From a candidate division FCPU426 bacterium (GTDB lineage Bacteria; Oederibacteriota; PGYV01; Palsa-1178): DNA of 64,000 nt. This document shows positions 48,231 through 59,488 of this stretch, piece after piece (positions within the stretch are counted from its first letter, which is position 1; every line of letters starts with the position of its first letter). Location of the stretch: assembly GCA_963840035.1 (NCBI GenBank), contig CAWIXE010000001.1, positions 1 through 64,000 on the forward strand. The letters run 5' to 3'. The notes under the pieces were generated by a model that was not told where the DNA came from, did no database searches, and saw nothing but the letters and a program-made list of their open reading frames with translations. A program made the translations under genes and the position numbers.

Positions 48231-49475
48231 TTATTTCACGCCTCTTTTTAGTGCTTCAACAATGTTTGTTTTAGCAGCCCTGTTTGACGGGAATATGGCT
48301 CCTATGGCCCCGGTAATCAGGCAGATCAACACGACCAGAATCCAGTCGGTATAAGTGTTCTTTCCCCGGAGAACCGATTCCATGGGTATATTCATTTTTT
48401 CCGTTGTGGACGAGTCAAAATGTATCCCGTGTGTATTTAGAAAGAATGCAAGCGGTACGGCCGCGATGCCGCCGATGACAGCTCCGGCAAAGGCAAGGAT
48501 CAGCCCTTCGGAAAAAAACATCCACTTTATCTGTCCGGATTCCATTCCTATCGCGCGCAGGGTGCCGATCTCAGCCATACGTTCAAAAACAGTTATTGTC
48601 AGGGTGTTCATGATTATAAACACGGCGAGGAACAGCAGTATCCCGAAAATGACAGCGTAAGACGTGTAATCAGCCTGGGCTCCGGCGATCAAACCTGCCG
48701 CCTCCTGGGTCCAGTCCCTTACAACAAGGTCCGGATATTTTGCCGAAAGCACGGCCTCGATGCTTTTTTTCACTTCCGGTACAAACTGCCTGTCTTTTAT
48801 ACGCACAATTATTTCCGTAGCCGAGTCCCCCATGTCCAGAAAATCCTGGGCAAATTTAACGGGGATAAAGACAACGCTTTTTTCCATGGAATCAAAGCCT
48901 ATGTAATATATTCCCGTAAGTGAAACGTCAACTAGGTTATTTGCCTTGTATTTGGTCTGCGAGTATAGCAACAAGTCTGCGCCGGTTTTAAGTTCCATCA
49001 TGGATGCCAATTTTTTTCCCATAAGCAGCTGGCCGCCGGAATTTTCCATTTTTTTTCCTTCTATCCTGTTAAAATCCGTGGTTATTTTAAGCTCCCTTTC
49101 CATGTCAATCCCCATCATGATCACATCGATTTTATTTTTTCTATCGCTTAAAACCGCGTTTTTAACCAGCCGGGGCGAAGCTTCTATAAAATAGGGGATA
49201 CTTTTCAAGTCATCTATTACCCTGTACGGGCTGTCTATGGACAAATTCAGCGGGAATTTGGATTTTTCCTTTATATAGTCCCTATGGTATATTTTAAAAT
49301 GGCCGGTTTGAAGGTCTATTGTTTTTTCATACATGTTGTTGTACATGCCTTTTAGCAATCCGAGGAGCATTATCAAAGCTATGGCATTTATGGAAAACGT
49401 CATGGCGTTAAACAATGAACGCCTCTTGTGTTTTAAAATGCTGTTCAGGGCTATTTTAAATATCATATAATTCAT
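48231..49475 (-). CDS. ABC transporter permease (LolE/FtsX-like)
   Basis: N-terminal TM, periplasmic domain, ERMAEIGTLRAIG, three C-terminal TM segments. Confidence 0.88.
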   Translation of the reverse strand: MNYMIFKIALNSILKHKRRSLFNAMTFSINAIALIMLLGLLKGMYNNMYEKTIDLQTGHFKIYHRDYIKEKSKFPLNLSIDSPYRVIDDLKSIPYFIEASPRLVKNAVLSDRKNKIDVIMMGIDMERELKITTDFNRIEGKKMENSGGQLLMGKKLASMMELKTGADLLLYSQTKYKANNLVDVSLTGIYYIGFDSMEKSVVFIPVKFAQDFLDMGDSATEIIVRIKDRQFVPEVKKSIEAVLSAKYPDLVVRDWTQEAAGLIAGAQADYTSYAVIFGILLFLAVFIIMNTLTITVFERMAEIGTLRAIGMESGQIKWMFFSEGLILAFAGAVIGGIAAVPLAFFLNTHGIHFDSSTTEKMNIPMESVLRGKNTYTDWILVVLICLITGAIGAIFPSNRAAKTNIVEALKRGVK

Positions 49476-50704
49476 TGTACTGACCTCAGAATGTCCACGG
49501 GCCGTTTGGTTACAGCGATTGACGCAGGGTAAAAGGAAGCCAGGATTGAGATCAATACTCCGGCAATGGCTGTGATCGCCGTGCTTTCCGGAAGTATCGC
49601 CGTGCCTATCATGACATCCATCCCCTCAAAGCCCTTAAAAACATCCCCCATACTTTCATAACTGATGGGATGCAGCATAAAATACCAATTCAGCAAAAGT
49701 CCGGGTATCATCCCCAGGGCCGTGCCTATGATTCCAAGCAGGGCGGATTCAGCGACAATCATCATGAATAACTGCCGGCCGCTCACTCCCATGGCCCTTA
49801 AAACCCCAAACTCCGGGTACCTGCCCATTATGTTCATCAAAAATGAATTTATAATGCCAATGGCCGCAACCGTCATTATGATAAGCGCAATAAAAAGAAG
49901 CGCAACATTCATCAGTCCCAGCATGCCTTCAAGGTATGCCTGCCCTTTCTGCCACGGTATAACGGCATAACCGGAAGTGTAAATTTTTTTTATCTCAGTC
50001 AAAACCGTTTCAATTTTAAATGGGTCCGCAGTATTTACCGCAATATCTGTTACGGCGTTGCCGAGTTCCAGCGCTTTTTGCGCTAAGGCAAGTGAACAGA
50101 TGACAAGATTTTCATCTTCCTCGGGGTTTTTTGTGTGCATAAGCCCGACTATTCTGCCCTCTGCGGCATTGACGCCGCCGTACTTGTCCACGGTAAGGAT
50201 TATTATTTTATCGCCGGTACCCGCGCCAAGAAGCTGCGCGGCCTTGTATCCGATCACTATTTCATCGTCTTTTTCAATAAATCTGCCGTTCTTGACGGAT
50301 TTTATCCTCTTTTCATAGTTTACGCTTTTTTCGGTCAGGTCAATTCCCTTTACCAGAGCCTCATGATTGTCATAAATGCTGTTGGCGATCGCCCCGAAGT
50401 TTATTTCCGGCCTTACGCTCGTGACCCCTTCAATATTCTCAAGAGTCCTGAGTTTGTCCTGATCATATGGGATGGTATAATCCACCGGCGCAAAATCAAG
50501 GCTCTTGTAATATTTCTGGTTGTATATCTTTATATGCCCGGATTGTTGCAGCGCGTCTTTTATAAGCTTTACCTTAAATCCATCCATATACCCAGCCCCA
50601 AATTCCATAAAAAATACGCACACAATGACTACGGTCAATATTGTAATCGTGTTTTGCCTGTTCTTTATCAAATTGCCCCACGCAAGCTTTAAAAAGAAAA
50701 ACAT
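49472..50704 (-). CDS. ABC transporter permease (LolE/FtsX-like)
   Basis: LAWGNL, GHIKI, RYPEFGVLRAMG, YPA. Confidence 0.88.
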   Translation of the reverse strand: MFFFLKLAWGNLIKNRQNTITILTVVIVCVFFMEFGAGYMDGFKVKLIKDALQQSGHIKIYNQKYYKSLDFAPVDYTIPYDQDKLRTLENIEGVTSVRPEINFGAIANSIYDNHEALVKGIDLTEKSVNYEKRIKSVKNGRFIEKDDEIVIGYKAAQLLGAGTGDKIIILTVDKYGGVNAAEGRIVGLMHTKNPEEDENLVICSLALAQKALELGNAVTDIAVNTADPFKIETVLTEIKKIYTSGYAVIPWQKGQAYLEGMLGLMNVALLFIALIIMTVAAIGIINSFLMNIMGRYPEFGVLRAMGVSGRQLFMMIVAESALLGIIGTALGMIPGLLLNWYFMLHPISYESMGDVFKGFEGMDVMIGTAILPESTAITAIAGVLISILASFYPASIAVTKRPVDILRSVQ

Positions 50705-50738
50705 TTGCCCTCCCTGACGGATTTAAATTTCTGATGTT

Positions 50739-53096
50739 TTACCATTTCCAATTCCGCACCTCGGGCATGTCCTGGCCGTGTTTGTCGACGTATTGTTTGT
50801 GTTCGGCCAGCTTGTCCTCCATCAGCCGCCTTAAACGGACCCCTTCTTCGCCCAGCTGTGGCAGCCATTTGACCGCGTCCAGTACCAGGTGGAACCGGTC
50901 CAGGCCGTTTAAAACCGTCATGTCAAAGTATGTGGTGATGGTGCCTTCTTCCTTATATCCGTGAACATGCATGTTGTTATGGTTGTTACGGCGGTAAGTC
51001 AGTCTATGTACCAGCGAAGGATATCCGTGGAACGCAAAGATAACAGGCTTGTCTTTGGTAAATAACGCGTCAAACTCCTGCTCATTTAACCCGTGCGGAT
51101 GCTGCGTGTTTGATTCGAGTTTCATCAGGTCAACAATATTCACTACGCGGATCTTTAATTCCGGCAGATTTTTGCGCAGTATGGAAACAGCTGCCAGATT
51201 TTCCAGCGTGGGCACGTCGCCGCAGCTGGCCATAACCACATCAGGCTCCCCGCCATGATCGTTGCTTGCCCATGGCCATACGCCGATCCCCTTGGTGCAG
51301 TGTTCTATCGCGGTATCCATGTCCAGCCATTGCGGCGCCTGGTATTTACCCGCTATCACGACATTGACGTAATTCCTGCTGCGCAGGCAATGATCCCCTA
51401 CCGAAAGCAGGCAGTTGGCGTCCGGCGGAAGGTACACGCGCACTACTGACGCCTTTTTGTTTACAACATGGTCGATAAAACCAGGGTCCTGGTGGGTAAA
51501 GCCATTATGCGCCTGCTGCCATACGTGTGATGCGAGCAGATAATTTAATGACGCTATCTTTTTCCGCCACGGCAGTTCCGAAGTAACCTTCAGCCACTTG
51601 GCATGCTGGTTAAACATTGAATCAATAATATGTATAAATGCCTCATAGCAATTGAACAGCCCGTGCCGGCCGGTTAGCAGATAACCTTCCAGCCAGCCCT
51701 CACACTGATGCTCGCTGAGCATTTCCATGACACGCCCCTCCGGCGCCTGGAACTCATCATCCGCCTGTATACGGCCTTCCCACTGCCTGTTGGTGACTTC
51801 AAAAACAGCGTTGAGCCGGTTTGATAGCGTCTCGTCAGGGCCAAAAACCCTGAAACTGCGCTCTTCCTGATTTTGCGAAGCCACATCACGCAGGAATTCC
51901 CCCAGCACATGCGCGTCCGAGGCCTCAACAGCTCCCGGCGAAGGCGCATCCACCGCGTATTTCCTGAAGTCAGGCATGTTCAAATCCTTCAGCAATAAAC
52001 CGCCGTTGGCATGTGGATTGGCCCCCATGCGCCGGTTGCCGGCGGGCGCCAGTTCGGCCAGTTCGGGTTTAAGCCGCCCCTCATTATCAAACAGCTCCCA
52101 CGGTTTATAACTTTTCATCCAGTCTTCAAGCAGTTTGAGATGTCCCGGGTGCTCTTCATCCACCAGCAAAGGTATCTGATGCGCCCTGAAAGTGCCTTCT
52201 ATCTGGAGGCCGTCAACTATTTTCGGCCCGGTCCAGCCTTTGGGCGATTTCAGGACAATCATGGGCCAGCGCGGCCGGGCGGCGTTTTTATTATTCCGCG
52301 CGTCCGCCTGGATTTTTCTTATATCTTCTATGGCCTTATCAAGCGTAGCAGCCATTAGCTGATGCATTTCTTCAGGTTTATCGCCTTCGACGAAGTAGGG
52401 CGTCCAGCCATATCCTCTGAGAAGCTGGTCCAATTCCTCAGGCTCGATGCGCGCGAGCACAGTCGGGTTGGCAATCTTATAACCGTTCAGATGCAGGATA
52501 GGCAGCACCGCCCCGTCGGTAATCGGGTCAAGGAACTTATTGGAATGCCAGGCTGTCGCCAGAGGGCCGGTTTCGGCCTCTCCGTCGCCGACCACACAGG
52601 CAACTATAAGCCCGGGATTGTCAAAAGCCGCGCCAAAGGCGTGGCTGAGCGAATACCCCAGCTCGCCGCCTTCATGTATCGACCCCGGCGTCGTCGGCGC
52701 GACATGGCTGGAAATACCGCCCGGAAAGGAAAACTGCTTGAACAGCTTTCTAAGGCCTTCTTCGTCCCGGGTTACATCGGGATAAACTTCGCTCCAGGTC
52801 CCTTCGAGGTAAACATTGCCGACTATAGCCGGGCCGCCGTGCCCCGGGCCCGATATATAGAACATATCCAGGCCATACTTTTTTATGACCCTGTTTAAAT
52901 GCGCGTAAATAAAGTTCTGCCCCGGCGTGGTCCCCCAGTGGCCGAGCAGCATTGATTTTACATGCGAAAGTTTCAGGGGTTCCTTTAAAAGCGGATTGTC
53001 CCGGAGATAAAGCTGTCCCACTGAAATATAATTCGCGGCCCGCCAGTAGGCGTTTATTTTTTGAAGCAGACCGGGCTCCAGAGTTTTTGCATCCAT
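50739..53096 (-). CDS. xfp: Xylulose-5-P/fructose-6-P phosphoketolase
   Basis: [46 protein letters not shown]. Confidence 0.96.
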   Translation of the reverse strand: MDAKTLEPGLLQKINAYWRAANYISVGQLYLRDNPLLKEPLKLSHVKSMLLGHWGTTPGQNFIYAHLNRVIKKYGLDMFYISGPGHGGPAIVGNVYLEGTWSEVYPDVTRDEEGLRKLFKQFSFPGGISSHVAPTTPGSIHEGGELGYSLSHAFGAAFDNPGLIVACVVGDGEAETGPLATAWHSNKFLDPITDGAVLPILHLNGYKIANPTVLARIEPEELDQLLRGYGWTPYFVEGDKPEEMHQLMAATLDKAIEDIRKIQADARNNKNAARPRWPMIVLKSPKGWTGPKIVDGLQIEGTFRAHQIPLLVDEEHPGHLKLLEDWMKSYKPWELFDNEGRLKPELAELAPAGNRRMGANPHANGGLLLKDLNMPDFRKYAVDAPSPGAVEASDAHVLGEFLRDVASQNQEERSFRVFGPDETLSNRLNAVFEVTNRQWEGRIQADDEFQAPEGRVMEMLSEHQCEGWLEGYLLTGRHGLFNCYEAFIHIIDSMFNQHAKWLKVTSELPWRKKIASLNYLLASHVWQQAHNGFTHQDPGFIDHVVNKKASVVRVYLPPDANCLLSVGDHCLRSRNYVNVVIAGKYQAPQWLDMDTAIEHCTKGIGVWPWASNDHGGEPDVVMASCGDVPTLENLAAVSILRKNLPELKIRVVNIVDLMKLESNTQHPHGLNEQEFDALFTKDKPVIFAFHGYPSLVHRLTYRRNNHNNMHVHGYKEEGTITTYFDMTVLNGLDRFHLVLDAVKWLPQLGEEGVRLRRLMEDKLAEHKQYVDKHGQDMPEVRNWKW

Positions 53097-53121
53097 GTTT
53101 AACTTCTCCTTTAACGTTTTT

Positions 53122-53452
53122 CTATCTGCAATTGTTTAATCCCAGTGAAACCAGTTTATCAAGCGTGGATCTGTAATCAGCATGAAGAATGCTGCGGATT
53201 CCCAGCCCTTCCGCGATTTTGACGAACATCGGCGTATTTTCAATATATAAAACCTCGTGAGCCGGCGTATGAACAACATCCAGCGCAAGGCGGAATATAT
53301 CCGCGTCAGGTTTGCGGATATGGACATAGCAGGATGAAATAAAACAATCCACAAATATGTCCAGCTTGAACTTTTTTATCCTGAACTCATTAATCTCGCG
53401 CGCTTCGTTGCTGACAACGACAATTTTCAGATTGAAGCGGCTTTTAACCTGA
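53122..53452 (-). pseudogene. C-terminal fragment of a HAD-family phosphatase
   Basis: VVSNEAREIN, SSCYVHIRKPD, YIENT; the N-terminal DxD motif is missing. Confidence 0.75.
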
Positions 53453-53629
53453 CCAGTAACCTTCCTTGTCTTTGACAAGCAAAGCCGGGGTTTTGCCCCA
53501 TTCATTGAAAGTCCCGGTAACATAAACTTTACCCGCGTGAGGCGCCCATACGCGAAAACATAGGCCTTCCGGCCCGAGCCTTGCTCCCATTTCCGGGCGC
53601 CTTATTTCCCCTTTGATTGACATAGTCAT
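53444..53629 (-). pseudogene. N-terminal (CBM48) fragment of a glycogen branching enzyme/GH13
   Basis: MGA..FRVWAPHA..VYVTGTFNEW..GYWS, then an immediate stop. Confidence 0.8.
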
Positions 53630-53649
53630 TTCTTGATTTTCCCTGCGCT

Positions 53650-54165
53650 TTAACTTTTTTCCTTCATCCTCTTCAGGATATCGCGGGCCGCGGCCTGCGC
53701 CAGGCCCGGGGCCGTACCTATATCAAGTACCTTTACAAGATTTGCAAGCAGGTCATTGTACCCTGCCTCTTTTTGTTTCAGGAAAACATGATGGGCCCCC
53801 TGCCGCAGAATTGCCGAGTCAGCGCCGTCTTTTACCAGCCTGCGCAGGATCGGAAGCCACGCGTCTTTTTTGAATTTTGCCAGCCCTTCTGCCGCCATCC
53901 ACGCTACTTCCTCGTTTCTGTCTGCAAGTACCTTTACCAGAGGTATTATCGCGCCTTTGTCAATTATTACAGAAAGCGCCTTTGCCGCTTCCCAGCGTAC
54001 CTGCTCATCACGTGAATTGCGCAAAGCAAGCGCGAGATAAGGCACCGCGGCCCCTCCCATGCCGGCCAGGGTTTTCCTGGCCTTCTGGCGCTCCATGCCA
54101 TCCTTGCTTTTAAGAACGTCAATCAGAGCTTCCATTTTTACCCTGTCCTTCTTTTGTTCTTTCAT
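53650..54165 (-). CDS. HEAT-repeat protein
   Basis: AVPYL, VRWEAAKAL, VAWMAAEGL repeats. Confidence 0.8.
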   Translation of the reverse strand: MKEQKKDRVKMEALIDVLKSKDGMERQKARKTLAGMGGAAVPYLALALRNSRDEQVRWEAAKALSVIIDKGAIIPLVKVLADRNEEVAWMAAEGLAKFKKDAWLPILRRLVKDGADSAILRQGAHHVFLKQKEAGYNDLLANLVKVLDIGTAPGLAQAAARDILKRMKEKS

Positions 54166-55856
54166 GATTTTCCACCTCTGTTTATTATTTTTCGTGAATT
54201 TGACCTTCCATGGCCTTCCGATATGGCCCTGTTGATTATTGCCTGGGCTTCATCCAGTATGGTTTTCAGATGTTCCCTGCCTTTGAAACTTTCCGCGTAT
54301 ATCTTATATATGTCCTCCGTGCCTGACGGACGTGCCGCGAACCATCCGCTTTCGGCTTCAACTTTTAATCCGCCGATTGCGGCGCCGTTCCCGGGCGCGC
54401 TTGTGATTATCTTTTTTATCTTTTCCCCGGCAAGGTCCGGAATATTTACCTGCTCCGGCCTGAGGCCTGCCAGCAGTTTTTTTTGTTCCGGCCCGGCCTT
54501 CGCCTCTACACGGTCATACCATGCCCCGCCAAACTCGCTGATTATCCCGCGGTATATTTCACCGGGGTCCCTGCCCGCGCGCGCCGTGATCTCCGCCGAG
54601 AGCAGCGCCGCTATTATGCCGTCCTTATCCGTGGTCCAAACTTTTCCGTCCATCCTGGCAAAAGACGCGCCCGCGCTTTCTTCCCCGCCGAACGCAAGTG
54701 ACCCGTCATGCAGCCCGTCAACAAACCACTTAAACCCGACAGGCACCTCATACAGCCTTCTCCCCAGTTTTTTGGCAACGCGGTCTATCATGCCCGTGCT
54801 CACCACGGTTTTTCCGATCGCGGCTCCGCCTTCCCACCGGGGCCGGTTCCTGAAGAGATAATAAATGGCGGCTGTCAAATAATGGTTCGGAGACATCAGC
54901 CCGGCGCTGCGAGTGACTATGCCGTGGCGGTCATGGTCGGTATCGCAGGCAAAAGTTATTTTAAAACGGTTTTTCATTTTAATAAGCCCGTGCATGGCAT
55001 ATTCCGATGACGGGTCCATCCGTATCTGTCCGTCCCAGTCCAGCGGCATGAAACGGAAAGTCGGGTCCACCGCGTCATTTACCACCGTGAGGTTCAGCCC
55101 GTAGCGCTTTGCAATGGGCCCCCAATAATGAACACCTGCGCCTCCGAGCGGGTCGGCGCCGATGCTGATTTTTGCCCCTCTTATGGCTTCCATGTCAATT
55201 ACATTTGTAAGATCGCCGATGTATGCGTCCAGATAGTCATGGCTGTGCGTTGTTCCCGCCTTCACGGCCCTTTCGAACGCCGTCCTTTTCAGCCCCAAAA
55301 ACTTTTTTTCCATAATATAATTTGCCTTTGCCCCTATCCAGTCCGTTACGGCGGATTCCGCCGGCCCGCCGTTTGGTGTATTGTATTTGAACCCGCCGTC
55401 ATGAGGCGGATTGTGTGACGGTGTTATTACGATTCCGTCGGCGAACCCTTTTTTTCGGCCGCGGTTATACGCAAGGATGGCGTGCGAAACGGCCGGGGTT
55501 GGTGTATATTCACCGCCCCGTGATGTCATAACCTCGATTTTATTCGCCGCCAAGACCTCAAGCGCGGAAGCAAAAGCAGGTACTGAAAGTGCGTGAGTAT
55601 CCATTCCGATAAACAAAGGCCCGTCTATTTTATTTTTCTTCCTGTAAAGGCATATGCTCTGGGTAATGGCAAGGATGTGATTTTCATTGAATGATTTTTT
55701 CAGGGATGACCCCCGGTGCCCGGACGTTCCGAAAAACACCCTTTGCCCCGTATCTGAAGGATCAGGCACTCCGGTATAATATGCCGCAACAAGCTCCGGC
55801 ACATTGACAAGCATGGATGGTTCCGCGGGTTTTCCCGCAAGCGGGCTTATTTTCAT
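54162..55856 (-). CDS. pgm: Phosphoglucomutase
   Basis: FGTSGHRG, TPSHNP, DTDHDR, GEESAG, RPSGTE. Confidence 0.96.
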   Translation of the reverse strand: MKISPLAGKPAEPSMLVNVPELVAAYYTGVPDPSDTGQRVFFGTSGHRGSSLKKSFNENHILAITQSICLYRKKNKIDGPLFIGMDTHALSVPAFASALEVLAANKIEVMTSRGGEYTPTPAVSHAILAYNRGRKKGFADGIVITPSHNPPHDGGFKYNTPNGGPAESAVTDWIGAKANYIMEKKFLGLKRTAFERAVKAGTTHSHDYLDAYIGDLTNVIDMEAIRGAKISIGADPLGGAGVHYWGPIAKRYGLNLTVVNDAVDPTFRFMPLDWDGQIRMDPSSEYAMHGLIKMKNRFKITFACDTDHDRHGIVTRSAGLMSPNHYLTAAIYYLFRNRPRWEGGAAIGKTVVSTGMIDRVAKKLGRRLYEVPVGFKWFVDGLHDGSLAFGGEESAGASFARMDGKVWTTDKDGIIAALLSAEITARAGRDPGEIYRGIISEFGGAWYDRVEAKAGPEQKKLLAGLRPEQVNIPDLAGEKIKKIITSAPGNGAAIGGLKVEAESGWFAARPSGTEDIYKIYAESFKGREHLKTILDEAQAIINRAISEGHGRSNSRKIINRGGKS

Positions 55857-56989
55857 GGCCTGTCCTTTACATGCCCCGTTTTTCTTTGTTCAAGTATTTC
55901 CATTATCTTGTCATAAGGTTTGTTGAACTTTTCCACTCCTTCGTCCTCAAGCTGCTGCGTCAAGCTGTCAATGTTTATGCCCAACCCTGCCAGGCTTTCC
56001 AAAACCCGGCCGGCGTTTACTGTTCCCTGTTCAAGGCGCGGTTCAGGCCTGCCGTGGCTGCGGTATGCATTCAAAGTATTGACAGGAATTGTATTGATGG
56101 TTTCCGGCGCGATTAATGCTTCAACATACTTAATGTCGCTGTATTCAGGATTTTTTGTGCCGGTGCTTGCCCAGAGCACCCGCTGCGGCCTTGCCCCCTG
56201 CGCGGAAAGTTTTCCGAAATTTTCGCTCCCGAATATTTTCTTATAGTCCTGATATGCCATGACAGCGCTTGCTATGGCGACCTTTCCGCGCGCCGCGGCC
56301 GCGGTCTCTGCCCGGTTTCCCTGAAGCGCCATTATCTTTTCCAGCATCGGGTCCACAAGGTTATCAATGCGGCTTAAAAAGAAACTCGCCACTGAAGCAA
56401 TCCTGTTTACATTTTTTCCGCGCGCGAGGCGGTCTTCAATTCCCGCAATATATTCCCCGGCAACCTTCCTGTATCTTGGAAGCCCGAAGAGCAGTGTCAC
56501 ATTAATATTGATGCCTTCGCCTGTCAGCTGCCTTATGGCCGGCAGGCCTTCTTCCGTGGCAGGCACCTTTATCATGACATTTGGCCTGTCAAGCGCCGCC
56601 CAAAGCCTTCGCGCTTCCGCGATAGTCCCCTGCGTATCATGCGCCAGGTGGGGATTTACCTCGAGGCTAACATATCCGTCATTTCCTCCAAGGCTGTCAT
56701 ATACCGGCCTGAATACGTCGGAGGCCATTTGTACGTCGCGCAGGCTGAAAGCGTCGTATATTTCCTTCGAGGCCATGCCTTCCCGAGCCATTTTCTGTAT
56801 GTCCTCGTCGTAGTCATTGCTGTCAGAGACAGCCTTTTCAAAAATCGCGGGGTTTGACGTCATTCCCTTAAGGCCGTCTTTTTCAATAAGCCGTTTGAGC
56901 TCGCCGCTCAAAATCAGGTCACGCCTGATATAATCCAGCCAGACCGACTGTCCGAGTGCGCCGATCATTTGTAGCGGGTTGTTTTCCAT
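55853..56989 (-). CDS. tal: Transaldolase
   Basis: GQSVWLD, TSNPAIF, VSLEV, MIKVP, NVTLLF, SFFLSR, LWASTG. Confidence 0.95.
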   Translation of the reverse strand: MENNPLQMIGALGQSVWLDYIRRDLILSGELKRLIEKDGLKGMTSNPAIFEKAVSDSNDYDEDIQKMAREGMASKEIYDAFSLRDVQMASDVFRPVYDSLGGNDGYVSLEVNPHLAHDTQGTIAEARRLWAALDRPNVMIKVPATEEGLPAIRQLTGEGININVTLLFGLPRYRKVAGEYIAGIEDRLARGKNVNRIASVASFFLSRIDNLVDPMLEKIMALQGNRAETAAAARGKVAIASAVMAYQDYKKIFGSENFGKLSAQGARPQRVLWASTGTKNPEYSDIKYVEALIAPETINTIPVNTLNAYRSHGRPEPRLEQGTVNAGRVLESLAGLGINIDSLTQQLEDEGVEKFNKPYDKIMEILEQRKTGHVKDRP

Positions 56990-57127
56990 TTTTCACTTTT
57001 CCTGCAGCCATTTTGGTTTTCCGGCCTTTTTTATCTTTGTACCCGTTGGGCAAAAGACATACTTGCAATCTTCTCATGCCGCCTGTTATTGTTCCCTGGA
57101 AAAACAATATACTTTTTCCGTTTTCTT

Positions 57128-57427
57128 CTAATTTTCCAGGGATTTTATCTCCGCTTCAAGGGAGTCGATCTTAGATAAAAAAGCCAGCGCCGTCACGTCG
57201 GTTATTGTCCTCTGCTTTTCTTTTTCCATCTGATAAACCCTGGCGCCGAGCTCAGCCATGTTCTCATGGACGCTTTTCTTTAATTCGTGGATTTTTAGCT
57301 TTTTCTTGACGTCATCCGTCATCTCACCGGCCTTATCAGTTGCGGCCTTCGACCCCTGCTTTATTGCCTCTATCCCGCTTTTGATCCCATTTCCGACATC
57401 CTCTTTGAGTTTTCTCCAATCTATCAT
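57128..57427 (-). CDS. Hypothetical coiled-coil protein
   Basis: 99-aa ORF with GGAGG RBS, co-oriented with the operon. Confidence 0.65.
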   Translation of the reverse strand: MIDWRKLKEDVGNGIKSGIEAIKQGSKAATDKAGEMTDDVKKKLKIHELKKSVHENMAELGARVYQMEKEKQRTITDVTALAFLSKIDSLEAEIKSLEN

Positions 57428-57551
57428 AATTACACCTCCATTTTTTCCTGCATATTCAAAATCCTGTCTCCCTGGAACATGCAGTTGTTATCTTTAATCA
57501 CTGTAAATGGCTGACATCCAAATCCGCCGCACAGCACAAATTAAATTCGCG

Positions 57552-58295
57552 CTACTTCTTCCGCCCGTAATGACCGTAAAGCATCTCTTCGTATTCGATG
57601 CTTATGGCCTTGTAAGGGTCGTATGCCGGGCTGTTTTTTATCTTTTCCCTGGAAAGGTCCACGGTCACTTCAGAACCGGCCCAGTCGATCTCCTTGAGCC
57701 ATTTTACCGCCACCAGCACACTGCCGCCCGGCAGCCAGTTTTTGGTGTCTGCCACCATATACACGATGTGCCAGTTCTCATCGTCAAAAATAAGGTCTTC
57801 AACATGCCCGATATGCCCGTCAACCGCGTTTATCCTGTACCGGGATACCTCGTTAAAGCTGCGCAGGTGCGTATCGCCCTGCTTGACTTTCCTGTCATGC
57901 GGGAGTGTTTCTTTAAACGGGTCCGGCCCCGGCACGGGAACAGGAACCCCCGGGAACCCGGGCAGCTGTTGCCAGTATATGGGCCAGTTGAAATAGGAAT
58001 TTATTTCCGTTTCCTTCTGCCTTGAAACAGGCTTATGTATGTCAACATCCGGGGAATTTTTTACCTTATCCCTGCTCATATTCACCGGGAATTCATTGCT
58101 CCCCCAGTCAGGTTTTCCTGAAAACGCTGACGGCGATATCAGCACGCTTTTGCCCTGCAGCCAGCTGCCAATGTCCGTAACCATGTACCTGACAGCCCAT
58201 CTTTCATCGTCAAAATAGAAATCCCCCACCTTTCCTATATCCCCGTCTTTTGCCTTTACCGAGTACCCGATAATTTCCTTTATGCTTCTTAACAT
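57552..58295 (-). CDS. Tandem PRC-barrel domain protein
   Basis: Two repeats of DG.IG.V.D..FDD..W.(V/I).Y.V.D; start moved to ATG 58295. Confidence 0.88.
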   Translation of the reverse strand: MLRSIKEIIGYSVKAKDGDIGKVGDFYFDDERWAVRYMVTDIGSWLQGKSVLISPSAFSGKPDWGSNEFPVNMSRDKVKNSPDVDIHKPVSRQKETEINSYFNWPIYWQQLPGFPGVPVPVPGPDPFKETLPHDRKVKQGDTHLRSFNEVSRYRINAVDGHIGHVEDLIFDDENWHIVYMVADTKNWLPGGSVLVAVKWLKEIDWAGSEVTVDLSREKIKNSPAYDPYKAISIEYEEMLYGHYGRKK

Positions 58296-58437
58296 GGTGG
58301 CCCCCTCATAATATTTAAAGTGTAAAAATACAGACAGTAATGGCACGCATAAAATTCGCAGGATTTTTAGGTAATATATGTTAACTCAAAGGTGGTATAT
58401 ATATAACTTGGAAACATCCGTATTTGCATCCATATAT

Positions 58438-58466
58438 AGTATAGACTCGTGAAACTCGTTTGTCAA
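58438..58466 (-). promoter_or_regulatory. Sigma-70 promoter for the PRC-tal-pgm-xfp block
   Basis: TTGACA-N17-TATACT. Confidence 0.65.
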
Positions 58467-58483
58467 GGATTGCCTGTTTTTTG

Positions 58484-59488
58484 TTATATCTGCCCTGTCA
58501 GTTTCTGCACAATAATGCTCGTGACAGCCACGGCGATCCATGTAATAAGCCCCAGGAGCATGGGCTTAAAACCGGTCTGTGCCATTTTTTTGAAGTCGGA
58601 ATGGAGCCCTATGGCGGAAAGCGCGAGCACTATCATGAACTTCCCTGATTCAACAAAAAATTTTGAAACTTCCGGGTTTATTATCCCGAACGTATTGAGC
58701 ATTGACGCCGCAAGGAACCACAGTATGAACCAGGGGAATATTTTTACAAAGCTGTAATGGACGTGTTTTTCGCCGGCATCTTTTTCTTTTTTTATCACGG
58801 CATATGCCGCAAAAATCAGGGATATCGGAATTATCATCGTGGTGCGCGTTAGTTTCACTATGGTGGCGTAAGCGCCCGCCTCATTTCCGTAGCTGTAGGC
58901 CGCAGCGACAACCGATGAGGTGTCGTTAATGGCGGTCCCCGCCCACAAACCGAAACCGTGCTGGGTCATGGACATAAGGTGCCCTAACGCCGGAAAAACA
59001 ATCACGGCAATCACATTGAACATGAATACCGTCGAAATCGCGTAGGCTATGTCCTTGTCTTCAGCTTCTATTATGGGTGATATGGCCGCGATGGCCGACC
59101 CTCCACAGATGGCAGTGCCCATGCCTATCAGGCTTGTCAGTTTGAACGGGACTTTCAGGAGTTTCCCGAAAAGGTATGCTGTTATGAATGCGGCTGACAG
59201 GGTGAAAATCATAAGATAAAAAGAGGAAATGCCGGTGACATAAACCTGCTTTAAACTCAATCCTGCGCCCAGGGATATAATAGCCCACTGAAGTATCTTT
59301 TTTGAAGTAAATTGTATTCCGCGCGCCGTGCCGTCCGGCCTTCCTATGGTATTGCCAAAAAGGATCCCGAGCAAAATCCCGAATACCGGACCGCCGACTA
59401 TAGGGACAAGATTCCCGAGCAAAACCGCGGCCAGCGCGATGACAAGCGAAAGGAGTATACCTTTTGAATTTTCCCTGATCCAGGCCAT
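58484..59488 (-). CDS. YeiH/UPF0324 putative sulfate exporter family membrane protein
   Basis: GTAICGGSAIAA, GLWAGTAINDTSSVVAA, KLTR, PWFI. Confidence 0.9.
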   Translation of the reverse strand: MAWIRENSKGILLSLVIALAAVLLGNLVPIVGGPVFGILLGILFGNTIGRPDGTARGIQFTSKKILQWAIISLGAGLSLKQVYVTGISSFYLMIFTLSAAFITAYLFGKLLKVPFKLTSLIGMGTAICGGSAIAAISPIIEAEDKDIAYAISTVFMFNVIAVIVFPALGHLMSMTQHGFGLWAGTAINDTSSVVAAAYSYGNEAGAYATIVKLTRTTMIIPISLIFAAYAVIKKEKDAGEKHVHYSFVKIFPWFILWFLAASMLNTFGIINPEVSKFFVESGKFMIVLALSAIGLHSDFKKMAQTGFKPMLLGLITWIAVAVTSIIVQKLTGQI

